DNA of 64,000 nucleotides from Planctomycetota bacterium (GTDB lineage Bacteria; Planctomycetota; PLA2; JAEUHO01), in NCBI GenBank assembly GCA_965222115.1, contig CBDCTJ010000007.1:1760001-1824000 (forward strand). Direction: 5' to 3'. A program made the position numbers and the translations under genes. Positions 1 through 8,755 of the stretch are shown here, one piece after another (the first letter of the stretch is position 1; each line of letters begins with the position of its first letter). The notes under the pieces are model-generated. The model did not search any database. It was not told where the DNA came from and worked only from the letters and a program-made list of their open reading frames with translations.

Positions 1-299
1 TTCCGGGCGAGTCCATTTCGTTGGCCTTTCAGGAGAGTGTCGAGCTGTCCGGCCACATAAGGGGAGAAACGAAGTACAAGGAAGACCTGCTGCTAGTTGC
101 GACACCCCGTGGTCCCAAGTTTCGCATTTATGCCGGTGTCGGGCCCATCACCCCGTTTGACCAACAAGTACTGGACGGCACTTACGACGCCGTGGTGTGG
201 TCTCGTGACGGCACGAGTCGCGTCGTTGCTCGCGGCTTAAAGCCCGGGCAAGCCGGCATCGTCATCTCGCTCGACGAAGAAGCGGGCAAGGACAAGTAG
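1..299 (+). CDS. 3' end of a protein truncated by the window edge; resembles the C-terminus of carboxypeptidase-regulatory-like repeat proteins
   Basis: Open frame to TAG at 299. The ending 'VARGLKPGQAGIVISL' resembles repeat ends such as 'VKAGTTDVRIEL' in the 56837-60700 protein. Confidence 0.5.
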   Translation, partial: PGESISLAFQESVELSGHIRGETKYKEDLLLVATPRGPKFRIYAGVGPITPFDQQVLDGTYDAVVWSRDGTSRVVARGLKPGQAGIVISLDEEAGKDK

Positions 300-337
300 G
301 TGGCGATTGTCCTGGCCGAAGCTGGTACATTTTGCCC

Positions 338-1498
338 GTGAAAGTACCAGCCCTTCCCATTGCCGTAATTGCGATTGCCATCGTGATGTTTCTTGCACCC
401 TTCGGTGGGGGTGAGGCGGCAGCTAAGGAGATGGACGGAGACGTAAGACGAATCACGGAAGAGATTCTGCTTGCAGGTGATTCGGTGCCCCTGAAGAAGC
501 GGATGCGGGCGCTCAGGATGTTGCGTACTGTTGAGGGGCCCATCGGTCGATTGCGTTTGGCGTTGGCGAAAACGCTCGACGATCCGAATCCCGAACTGCG
601 GCGGGCGGTGCTTGAACTCGTGCGTGCACGGCGTGGTCACGGCATGGCGTCGTTTGTGTTGCGGGGCTTGGAGCGCGAGACGTCGGTCGAACTGATTCCC
701 TCTTACTTGCTTGCATTCGGAGCAACGGCGAACGCGTCGCGGGCCTCGTCCATCACGTCGTACGTGACGCATTCGGTGCCCGCGGTGCGTGCAGCTGCCC
801 TGACGGCGCTCGCAGACATGGGCGCGGAAGATGCGCGTCGGCTTGCTTTGCACGTGCTTCGTGATCCGCGGGATCCCGATCCAGGTTGGGTGTTGCGAAG
901 CAGCGCATTGCTCGCACTCGCCAAGTGTGGCGACCCCGAAGACCTTCTGCGCATTCAGTCGATCGTAAGGGCGCGCTCTGGATCCAAGCATTGGTTGGCG
1001 CGCAGCGCTATGGTCAATGTGATTGCCGCGCTCCATGCACAACCCGCGCGCGAACTTCTGCCTTATGCCCACGACGGCGATCACCGCGTTGCACTCACTG
1101 CCATGCGCGCGCTCATGCGTGCTGGCGGATTGCCCGCGCTTCGACCCTTGCTGAAACACGGCGTCGCTACGACACGCGCGGCGGCGGTTCGGGCCGTGAT
1201 TCCCACTCGCGATGGCGAGTTCCTGGCCCAAGTCAAGCGCATGGCCAAACGCGATCCGTCCCGGGTTGTGCGTTGGACTGCCGCGACGTCTCTCTTTCGC
1301 GCGCGCGAACGCGAGGCCGATGAACTTGTAATTGACGGGCTGCGTTCGGAGGAGCCGGCCATTTGGTCAGAAGCACTTTCGTTGCTCATGTCGCGCACGG
1401 GCGAGTCTCATGGGCGCGATGCGAAGGCGTGGAAAAGAGTGCTGGCAGCCAGACGCGCGGCTTCGAGTCAGCCTACACGTGTTCGCAATGAACGATAG
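338..1498 (+). CDS. Exported HEAT-repeat protein
   Basis: N-terminal hydrophobic signal; repeated 'L.D....VR..A..AL' helices; C-terminal 'LMSRTGESHG...W' motif. Confidence 0.8.
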   Translation: MKVPALPIAVIAIAIVMFLAPFGGGEAAAKEMDGDVRRITEEILLAGDSVPLKKRMRALRMLRTVEGPIGRLRLALAKTLDDPNPELRRAVLELVRARRGHGMASFVLRGLERETSVELIPSYLLAFGATANASRASSITSYVTHSVPAVRAAALTALADMGAEDARRLALHVLRDPRDPDPGWVLRSSALLALAKCGDPEDLLRIQSIVRARSGSKHWLARSAMVNVIAALHAQPARELLPYAHDGDHRVALTAMRALMRAGGLPALRPLLKHGVATTRAAAVRAVIPTRDGEFLAQVKRMAKRDPSRVVRWTAATSLFRAREREADELVIDGLRSEEPAIWSEALSLLMSRTGESHGRDAKAWKRVLAARRAASSQPTRVRNER

Positions 1499-2378
1499 CG
1501 AGTCGACCTTCCCGCGGACGACCAACGCGCTGCGCACGGCGCTTGAGCAAGCGGGCATTCGCGTAAAGAAACGCCACGGGCAGTGTTTTCTGACCGACGC
1601 ACAGGCTGTGGACGCCATCGTTCGTGACGCGAAGGTCGAACCCAGCGATCTCATTGTTGAAGTAGGGACGGGTCCCGGTCTCTTGACCGACGTACTGGCG
1701 TCAACCGGCGCAACCGTTCATACGTTTGAAATCGATGACGAAGTGCAAGCGTTTGCGACGAGCGCGCGTGAGTGGCCAGACTCGGTTCATTTTCATCTCG
1801 GTGACGTGCTTGCGTCAAAGCACAGGTTGTCTCCGAAACTTCTTGAGGTTCTCGAGCTTCAACACGGCGGGCGAACGCGCATGATTGCCAACCTGCCCTA
1901 TGCCATTGCCACGCCGTTGATTCAGTGCTTGCTTTCGCTGCCGCGACCGCCGGCAGATTTGCACGTGATGATCCAACGCGAAGTCGCGGAGAAGATGCTC
2001 GCGCATGTGGGCGCCGACAACTACGGCGCGCCGAGCGTAGGCGTGCAACTGCGCGCGGAGGGCCGTATCCTGCGTCGCTTCGGTCCCGAAGTGTTTTGGC
2101 CGCCACCGAAGATTCGTTCGGTCATTCTTCATCTTGTACCCCGTCAAGACATGCCGCTTAAAACAGAAGAGCAGCTTCCATTTCTACGATTTGTGACGCG
2201 GCTATTTACAAGGCGCCGCAAGTTGCTGCCCTCCGGAGTCTCGTACGCAGCTGAGATCGAGCGAGCAATCGTACGCGACCGGTTGATCGAACTCGATCCA
2301 ACGCTCGCCACCCTCCGGCCACAGGATCTCTCACCAGCCCAAGCGCTTGCGGTTTGGCGCACGCTGAGCCGGAGGTAG
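1488..2378 (+). CDS. rsmA: 16S rRNA adenine dimethyltransferase
   Basis: Motifs 'KKRHGQCFL', 'VEVGTGPG', 'ANLPY', 'MIQREVA', 'FWPPPKI'. ATG at 1488 overlaps the upstream stop. Confidence 0.95.
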   Translation: MNDSESTFPRTTNALRTALEQAGIRVKKRHGQCFLTDAQAVDAIVRDAKVEPSDLIVEVGTGPGLLTDVLASTGATVHTFEIDDEVQAFATSAREWPDSVHFHLGDVLASKHRLSPKLLEVLELQHGGRTRMIANLPYAIATPLIQCLLSLPRPPADLHVMIQREVAEKMLAHVGADNYGAPSVGVQLRAEGRILRRFGPEVFWPPPKIRSVILHLVPRQDMPLKTEEQLPFLRFVTRLFTRRRKLLPSGVSYAAEIERAIVRDRLIELDPTLATLRPQDLSPAQALAVWRTLSRR

Positions 2379-2497
2379 GCCGGGTCCGAAGAAAACCTGT
2401 AACGCGCGCCAACGAATCAGGCTCCTGTGGTTGGATAGATAGGGCCAGCCATAGGGAGACCCCATGTCTCGAGAGTCGCAAACTTTGCGGAGTCGGC

Positions 2498-4582
2498 GTG
2501 AATACAACTAGCGCGGACGACCGCGATCGACTTGTCGATGAGCATCTGCACCGTGCCGGCCAGGCGCTGCGACGAGGGCGTTCTGTCGACTTGGCGAGCA
2601 TTCAAGCGGAACTCGGTGATGCCTACGCGAAGTTCCAGTCGTTGATTTCGTCACAACTCTTGCTGCACGGCACGGATGCGTCCGATGCACTGGCGATGCA
2701 GCACGAGACCATCGATGCCTATCGCATCGTGGGCGAGCTGGGTAGCGGCACCACCGCGGTTGTTCACGACGCTGTCGATCCAAGCGGCGTGCCCGTTGCG
2801 ATTAAGATGTTGCGACCCGCATGGGCAGCACATAAGGAGACGCGCGCTAACTTTGTTCGTGAAGCCAAACTACTCGCTCGTTCTAAACATCCCAATCTCG
2901 TAGCATTGCAGCGTGTCGGCGAGTGCGCCGGTCGTCCCTACCTCGTGCTCGATCGCGTTCGCGGTCAGTCGCTTTCGCACGTAGCGATGCCGAAGGACGC
3001 GTCTGAGTTTTCGAAGTTTTGTATGTCCGCTGCGAAATTGGTTCGTGGCGTGGCCCATATGCACGCGCAGGGCGTGGTCCATCGCGACATCAAACCGAGT
3101 AACATCCTGGTGGACGAACACGGGGGCTGGATCCTGGCAGATCTTGGTATTGCCTATGATGCCACAACGCCGGTAACCCCATCGCTCGCGGGGACCGGCA
3201 CGCCCGGCTATCAGAGTCCGCAACAACTCCTGACGCCCACAGCGCCACCCGTGCCAAGCGACGACGTGTACGCGCTCGGCCGAACGCTACTTGCCGTGCT
3301 CACGCCCAATCGTACGCAAACGGGCCAGGACTTCGCAACGCGCAAGGGATTGGGCGTTACGGCTGCACACGCGCTTTCGAGCATCGTGCCTGCACCATTG
3401 AAGCGCATTCTTGCCCGTGCGACCCGAACACGGCCCGAGGATCGCTACACAACCGCAGATGCTTTGGCTGCGGATCTTGAGCGAACAGCACGAGCACTTG
3501 CCGGTCCGCGTGCATCTTCGGGCTTCACGACCATGCGCGTGGGACGGACGATGCCATGGAAAGCGATCGGCGTCGCGGCCGCACTCGTAGTAGCCGCAAT
3601 CGGCGGCGCGCTGTTTGCATTGAAGCCGGGCGACACCCGACTAACAATTCGATCGGTCCCGGGCGCCGTGGCGTCTGTTGATCTAGGGCCTGAGCAAGTA
3701 CTTCCACACACGTTCTCACTTGGCGCCGGGTCCAGGGACGTGCGTGTGACCGCGCCGCGCTTTCGGGATCGCGAACTTGCGATCAACGTCGAAGCCGGCA
3801 GTCGCCATGTCGTCGAGTTGGTGCTTGTTCCGAAGGACTCAAGAGACACACAGGCCATGCTCGATGCGTTGCGTGTGCTTGGCTTGCCAACGAATGAGTT
3901 GATTCACGTGGCAAAGACCGTGCCCACGACGCGAAGCAGCGACTCAAGGCGCGCCGCAGTGTTGTTCTATCCACGAGGTCCCCTTGCATCGAGCGCGCTG
4001 GATCGGGCCGAATTTGAGTGGCTTGGCCCGCTGCCGAAACGCGCAACCATTCACTGGCGAACCAGTTCAAAAGCCGAAGCAACTCCGCTCACCACCATCA
4101 CGCGATCCATGTCGATACCGATTCCGGCAGCGGTATCCGAGCTACTGACTGCGGGCACGCGTTTGACGTGGTCCGTTTCGGTAGACGAAGTTGAGCTCGC
4201 GCGCGCTCAGTGTGAGGTCGCTGCATTGTCACCGACTCGGCCCACGCGCGTGTCTGAGGGTGCAGAAACGCCCTTTGATCGTGTCCGGGATGTGCTTCGC
4301 CTTCGTCGAGAGGGACGCCTAACCGCTGCGCTTCGCCGCACGTTTGGTGTGCCTGAGTCTGTGCGATCGCCGCTGCTACTGCGTGCTCGCATGCTTGTAC
4401 TACGAGACCTTTGTTCGGGCGTCGAGGGACTCGCATCCACCGAGCTGTGGCGCGCCAGTTACTATGTATCCCGCGACGTCGAACGTTCGATGTCGCCTGC
4501 GGATGCCGATGACTCAGCTAACGCCCAACCCCGCCGATCCCTCCCCAATCGAAGCCCTGATGAAGCGGGCGAGCAGCGGTGA
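2498..4582 (+). CDS. Membrane Ser/Thr protein kinase with PEGA-like and additional extracytoplasmic domains
   Basis: GSGTTAVV, VAIK, HRDIKPSN, DLG, GTPGY, DVYALG; TM 'AIGVAAALVVAAIGGALFAL'; then 'LTIRSVPGA'. Start GTG estimated. Confidence 0.9.
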   Translation: MNTTSADDRDRLVDEHLHRAGQALRRGRSVDLASIQAELGDAYAKFQSLISSQLLLHGTDASDALAMQHETIDAYRIVGELGSGTTAVVHDAVDPSGVPVAIKMLRPAWAAHKETRANFVREAKLLARSKHPNLVALQRVGECAGRPYLVLDRVRGQSLSHVAMPKDASEFSKFCMSAAKLVRGVAHMHAQGVVHRDIKPSNILVDEHGGWILADLGIAYDATTPVTPSLAGTGTPGYQSPQQLLTPTAPPVPSDDVYALGRTLLAVLTPNRTQTGQDFATRKGLGVTAAHALSSIVPAPLKRILARATRTRPEDRYTTADALAADLERTARALAGPRASSGFTTMRVGRTMPWKAIGVAAALVVAAIGGALFALKPGDTRLTIRSVPGAVASVDLGPEQVLPHTFSLGAGSRDVRVTAPRFRDRELAINVEAGSRHVVELVLVPKDSRDTQAMLDALRVLGLPTNELIHVAKTVPTTRSSDSRRAAVLFYPRGPLASSALDRAEFEWLGPLPKRATIHWRTSSKAEATPLTTITRSMSIPIPAAVSELLTAGTRLTWSVSVDEVELARAQCEVAALSPTRPTRVSEGAETPFDRVRDVLRLRREGRLTAALRRTFGVPESVRSPLLLRARMLVLRDLCSGVEGLASTELWRASYYVSRDVERSMSPADADDSANAQPRRSLPNRSPDEAGEQR

Positions 4583-5123
4583 TGAAGCGGCGGTCGCGGC
4601 TGTGTTTGAATTGGTGCGGCCTCGCATTGAGTTTGCGGTCGTGGCCAAAATGGGTCGTCGCTTGGCGGCGCGCATTGACGTGGAAGACGTACTTCAAGAA
4701 ACGTTCTCTGCCGCTACGCAGAGTCTGGCCAACTTTGAAGTGCGCGATGAGCCCTCATGTTGGGCGTGGTGGCGCACGCTTGCACTCAATCAAATCCGAA
4801 AGGCCGCTGCCCATTGGAGCGCAAAACGCCGCGATCAAGAACGTGTTGCGGCGCTTACGCGCTCGCTTACGGCCGCGGGTACCACGCCCAGTCAAGCCTT
4901 TGGCCGCCGCGAAGAACATGAACGCGCATTGTTGGCCATGCGATCGCTTTCCGATGACGAGCGCGAGATTCTCTGGCTTACCGTGGTGGAAGAACTTAGT
5001 CCCACCGAAGCGGCCGAACTCATCGACATTTCGCCACAAAATGCGCGAGTTCGAAAGCACCGCGCGCTCGAGTCCCTGCGCACCGCATTTGCTACACTGG
5101 GGGGATGGGAAGACGCCGCCTAA
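4503..5123 (+). CDS. ECF sigma-70 factor, planctomycete type
   Basis: 'DVEDVLQETF', 'AKRRDQERV', 'GTTPSQ', region 4 'LSDDEREIL...SPTEAAELID...RKHRALESLR'. Confidence 0.9.
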   Translation: MPMTQLTPNPADPSPIEALMKRASSGDEAAVAAVFELVRPRIEFAVVAKMGRRLAARIDVEDVLQETFSAATQSLANFEVRDEPSCWAWWRTLALNQIRKAAAHWSAKRRDQERVAALTRSLTAAGTTPSQAFGRREEHERALLAMRSLSDDEREILWLTVVEELSPTEAAELIDISPQNARVRKHRALESLRTAFATLGGWEDAA

Positions 5124-5180
5124 CTGGCGGGACCACGCGCGCTTGATGACGCGGCCGCTCCGTCTTGTTGGAGCACGATC

Positions 5181-8100
5181 ATGTCTGTGATTCGCAGTTT
5201 CCGAGTCGCACTGTATGCGGTGACGCCCATTGCCTTGATTGCAATCTTCGTATGTGCCCCTGCGGCTGCGAAGGAGACCCCGGCCAACGACTCGCCAGGT
5301 GTGGTGGCGAAGCGACTCCGCGCCGCCCTTCATTCGGGTGACGACGACGTGCTGACTGAGATCGCAAAGAACCCAGATAACGATCCCTGGCGTCTCATAA
5401 GTGAAGTGGCCCTTTTATCGCTGGATGACGCGGAGGCATTTGCCAACGTAGTTAAAGTGCATCGCACCAAAGAAGTAGACAAACTCGTCGACTACGTGAA
5501 GCGCCTCCGCCAAGACGATGCGCTGTCATCGGAGAAGCGGTCAAAGCGCCGTGCAACCCATCGCGCTGCCCAGGAAGCCTACAAACGGCGAGAGCTTGAG
5601 GAGGCACACAGGCTTCTCAAAGACGTAGAGTCGTGGCCGTTGGATGTCGAGTCGTTGGATGCGATCGAGCAACTCGCCTTCGTAGAGTTTCGAATGCGGA
5701 CGGGTCGATTTTATGAGTTGCTCGCCCGCGTGGCGACCGACGCCGAGTCGTTGGGCTGGCTTAGGCGTGCCGCCGCGACACATAAACGCCTCGCGAACTA
5801 CTACAGTATGGGAAAGCGTACTGCGATCACGATCGACTCGCTGAAGCGCGCGGGGGCGCTTTACGCATCGATTGGTGACGATGCGGCGTCGTGCAGGGCC
5901 CTCAGTCATGCAGCGGCCGTGTTGATCGGAGTAGGCCAGCAGGAGGAGGCCGGGAGCATACTTGCGTCGTCATTGCCCGCGGCGCGGCGCGTTGGCGACA
6001 AAACGGTGCTCGCTCGTCACCTGCTCGCGCTCGCGCGTATTCGCGTGCAAGCGGGTACGCTTGATCATGCGCTCGAGCTTTGCAACGAGGCATGGGATCT
6101 GTGCAAAGACTCGGACGACCATGTCGCAAAGTCGGCCATCCAGCAGCAGTTTGCTCTGTTGGCGGGTGAACGGGGGAATCGGGAATCGCTTTATACGCAC
6201 TATGCGAACGCGATTGCCTTCGCGGAACGAGCAGGGAACTCCGACATCCTTGCCGACATGCTCACCAAGACCGCCAACAATCACCTTGTCGATCATCGTC
6301 CGAAAGAGGCGTTGCCATTCTTGAGGCGCGCTCGTAGGGCGGCGCAGAAGGTTCGCAGCCCCGCGGTTCTTGTGCGCGTCAACGTATCTCTCGCCACCGT
6401 TCACGACGCGTTGGGCAACCGCGATGCATCACGGCGGGCTCTGCATGAAGCGAAGCGCGGTGTGGAGCGTTGTCCAGCCACATCGCAAGTGTGGTTCACT
6501 GCCACCATCGGTGCCATTCACCGTCGGCTGGGTCACTACGCCGAGGCAATCCACTTGTTGGAGAAGGCCGTCGACCTCGGCGATTCACTCAAACAGGATG
6601 TAGGCCATGTGTGGGTCGAGTTGGGGCACAGCCATGTAGCGTGTAGAAATCTCGACGCAGCGTTGCAGTGCTATTCTCAAGCGCAATCCAGCGCAACGCG
6701 CCAAGGGAACAAGGCCGTGCTGCGAGGTGCCACGCTTGGTCTGGGCAGCGTCGCGTTTATGCGTGACGACATGCCGGCAGCTGCGAAGGCGTTCCGGACT
6801 GTATTTCGTGACCCCAACGCAAAGCCGGGCATGGCCTATTCAGCCGGAAGTCTTCTTGCGCAGTGCATGGCACGCATGGGGAACGACAAGGTGGCGCTGG
6901 CGCTAGTGCAAGAGACCGAGCGCGCGTGGGCAAGCACCTCGCTTCCTCCCCACGTAAACGGAATTGACTTCACGCGAGGTCAGGTGGAGCGGTCGATCGG
7001 TGACCATGCGGCGGCACTTGCTTCCTTTCGCCGCGCCTACGAGGTCAATCGACGCATGGGCTACCTCCGTAGTCAATCCATGGCTGCCGGTGGCATCAGC
7101 GGCGCCCTATTCGCGTTGGGGAAAAAGAACGAGGCGTTGACGTGGGCGCGCCGCGCCGTAGACGTCGGCGATGCCATGACGGCGCCGTTGGCAAGCGTGG
7201 ATGCACACCGCGCGCGTGACACGTTTCGTCCGTTCTATGAGTTCGGCGTGTCTTCAGCCGCCGAGCTTGGGGATGTGAATTCCCTGCTTTATCTCGCGGA
7301 ACACGGTCGTGCGCGTGCAATTCGCGAGTCGTTGGCCGAACGGCAACACGTGGAGCGCGCCACGTTGGGGGTCGAAGAACAGCAGCGTCTCGATGAAGCG
7401 CGAAGACGTGTCACCGAGCTTCGTAAGAAACTGGAGCGTCAATCGGTTGACTCGACATCGGACGCGTCCAAGCGCCATGCCGCGGAGCTGATCAAGGCTC
7501 AAGAATCCTTGATCCGAATTACTGCGTCGCTAGAACGCAGCAGAGCATCTGCACACGGTGGCACGTGCCCGATTATCGACGATCCGGATGATGTGCAAGC
7601 TACGGTGCGATCGGATGAAGCGCTCGTCACGTTCGTCGAAGGGGCCGGCGAAACACTTGCGCTGGTGTTTACCGACAAGACCACGCGGATCGTTCGCGTG
7701 GGATCCACGAAAACGATCGAGCAACTTGTATCGCCCCTGCTGGAGAACCATGGCGGTGGGCTCCATGCAAAGTCCATAGCAACGTTGTCGAAGCGATTGG
7801 TGGAACCTCTTGAGCTAGGTGACAAGAAGACCGTCATTGTCTCACCGTCCGGTGCTTTGGCGTACGTGCCGATGGCATTGCTGATGCCGCGTCGGCATGT
7901 GGCGCATGTTCCGTCTGCCATGTCTCATGTCATGCTTCGAAGCGAGGTGCCCACGTCGGGAACGGGTGTGCTCGCACTCGGCGACGCGCGCTACAACGCG
8001 CCTTCGGCCGGTGACATGAAGTCGCTCGCGTGGCGTTCCGAACCATTGTCGCCGTTGCCCGCAAGTGGTGACGAAGCGCGTGCGGTGGGGGACACCGTGC

Positions 8101-8609
8101 TACTTGGCAAAGAGGCCAACGTTACGGAGCTGCTCAAGTCGCTCGATCGCAAAGAGCGCTGGCGTTCCGTTCACTTGGCATGCCACGGCGTTGTGGATCC
8201 ATCGCGGCCCTTGCTTTCGAGCCTTGTGATTTCGGCCGATGAGCAACACGACGGCTACGTGTCGGCATTGGATCTACTTCATATTGACGTTCGTGCCGAC
8301 CTAGCGGTGTTGTCGGCCTGCGAAACCGCTAAAGGCAAAGTGTATCGAGCGGAAGGCGTCGTTGGATTGACCAGCGCGTTTATGGCATCCGGCGCACGGC
8401 GCGTGATCACGTCGCTTTGGCGCGTTGACGATTCCGCGACCAAAGCGCTGATGACAAAGTTCTATGCGCTTTGGAATCCCAAAGACGGCACGCCGGGATT
8501 GCCTACCGCCGAGGCACTCAAGCAGGCCCAGGCGCATGTGCGAAGTCACCCAAAATGGGCGCATCCCAAGTTCTGGGCAGCGTGGGTTCTTTGGGGATTA
8601 CCTGAGTAA
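5181..8609 (+). CDS. Exported TPR-CHAT (caspase-like) protease
   Basis: Signal peptide; many TPR-like helices; CHAT catalytic motifs 'VHLACHG' and 'VLSACET'; 'SLWRVDD'; 'HPKFWAAWVLWG'. Confidence 0.93.
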   Translation: MSVIRSFRVALYAVTPIALIAIFVCAPAAAKETPANDSPGVVAKRLRAALHSGDDDVLTEIAKNPDNDPWRLISEVALLSLDDAEAFANVVKVHRTKEVDKLVDYVKRLRQDDALSSEKRSKRRATHRAAQEAYKRRELEEAHRLLKDVESWPLDVESLDAIEQLAFVEFRMRTGRFYELLARVATDAESLGWLRRAAATHKRLANYYSMGKRTAITIDSLKRAGALYASIGDDAASCRALSHAAAVLIGVGQQEEAGSILASSLPAARRVGDKTVLARHLLALARIRVQAGTLDHALELCNEAWDLCKDSDDHVAKSAIQQQFALLAGERGNRESLYTHYANAIAFAERAGNSDILADMLTKTANNHLVDHRPKEALPFLRRARRAAQKVRSPAVLVRVNVSLATVHDALGNRDASRRALHEAKRGVERCPATSQVWFTATIGAIHRRLGHYAEAIHLLEKAVDLGDSLKQDVGHVWVELGHSHVACRNLDAALQCYSQAQSSATRQGNKAVLRGATLGLGSVAFMRDDMPAAAKAFRTVFRDPNAKPGMAYSAGSLLAQCMARMGNDKVALALVQETERAWASTSLPPHVNGIDFTRGQVERSIGDHAAALASFRRAYEVNRRMGYLRSQSMAAGGISGALFALGKKNEALTWARRAVDVGDAMTAPLASVDAHRARDTFRPFYEFGVSSAAELGDVNSLLYLAEHGRARAIRESLAERQHVERATLGVEEQQRLDEARRRVTELRKKLERQSVDSTSDASKRHAAELIKAQESLIRITASLERSRASAHGGTCPIIDDPDDVQATVRSDEALVTFVEGAGETLALVFTDKTTRIVRVGSTKTIEQLVSPLLENHGGGLHAKSIATLSKRLVEPLELGDKKTVIVSPSGALAYVPMALLMPRRHVAHVPSAMSHVMLRSEVPTSGTGVLALGDARYNAPSAGDMKSLAWRSEPLSPLPASGDEARAVGDTVLLGKEANVTELLKSLDRKERWRSVHLACHGVVDPSRPLLSSLVISADEQHDGYVSALDLLHIDVRADLAVLSACETAKGKVYRAEGVVGLTSAFMASGARRVITSLWRVDDSATKALMTKFYALWNPKDGTPGLPTAEALKQAQAHVRSHPKWAHPKFWAAWVLWGLPE

Positions 8610-8755
8610 AACTGCGTCACGGGGCGATTGGCTGGGCGTCGTTCCGTCTCACGGAAGGGGCACCGGGGTGTAGGCGCTGTGATTTAGAATCCCGGATTCA
8701 AGTCATTTCGGGCGTCCTATCAGCGGAACGTCCTGGCAGCGTCCGGGAGCGCGGC

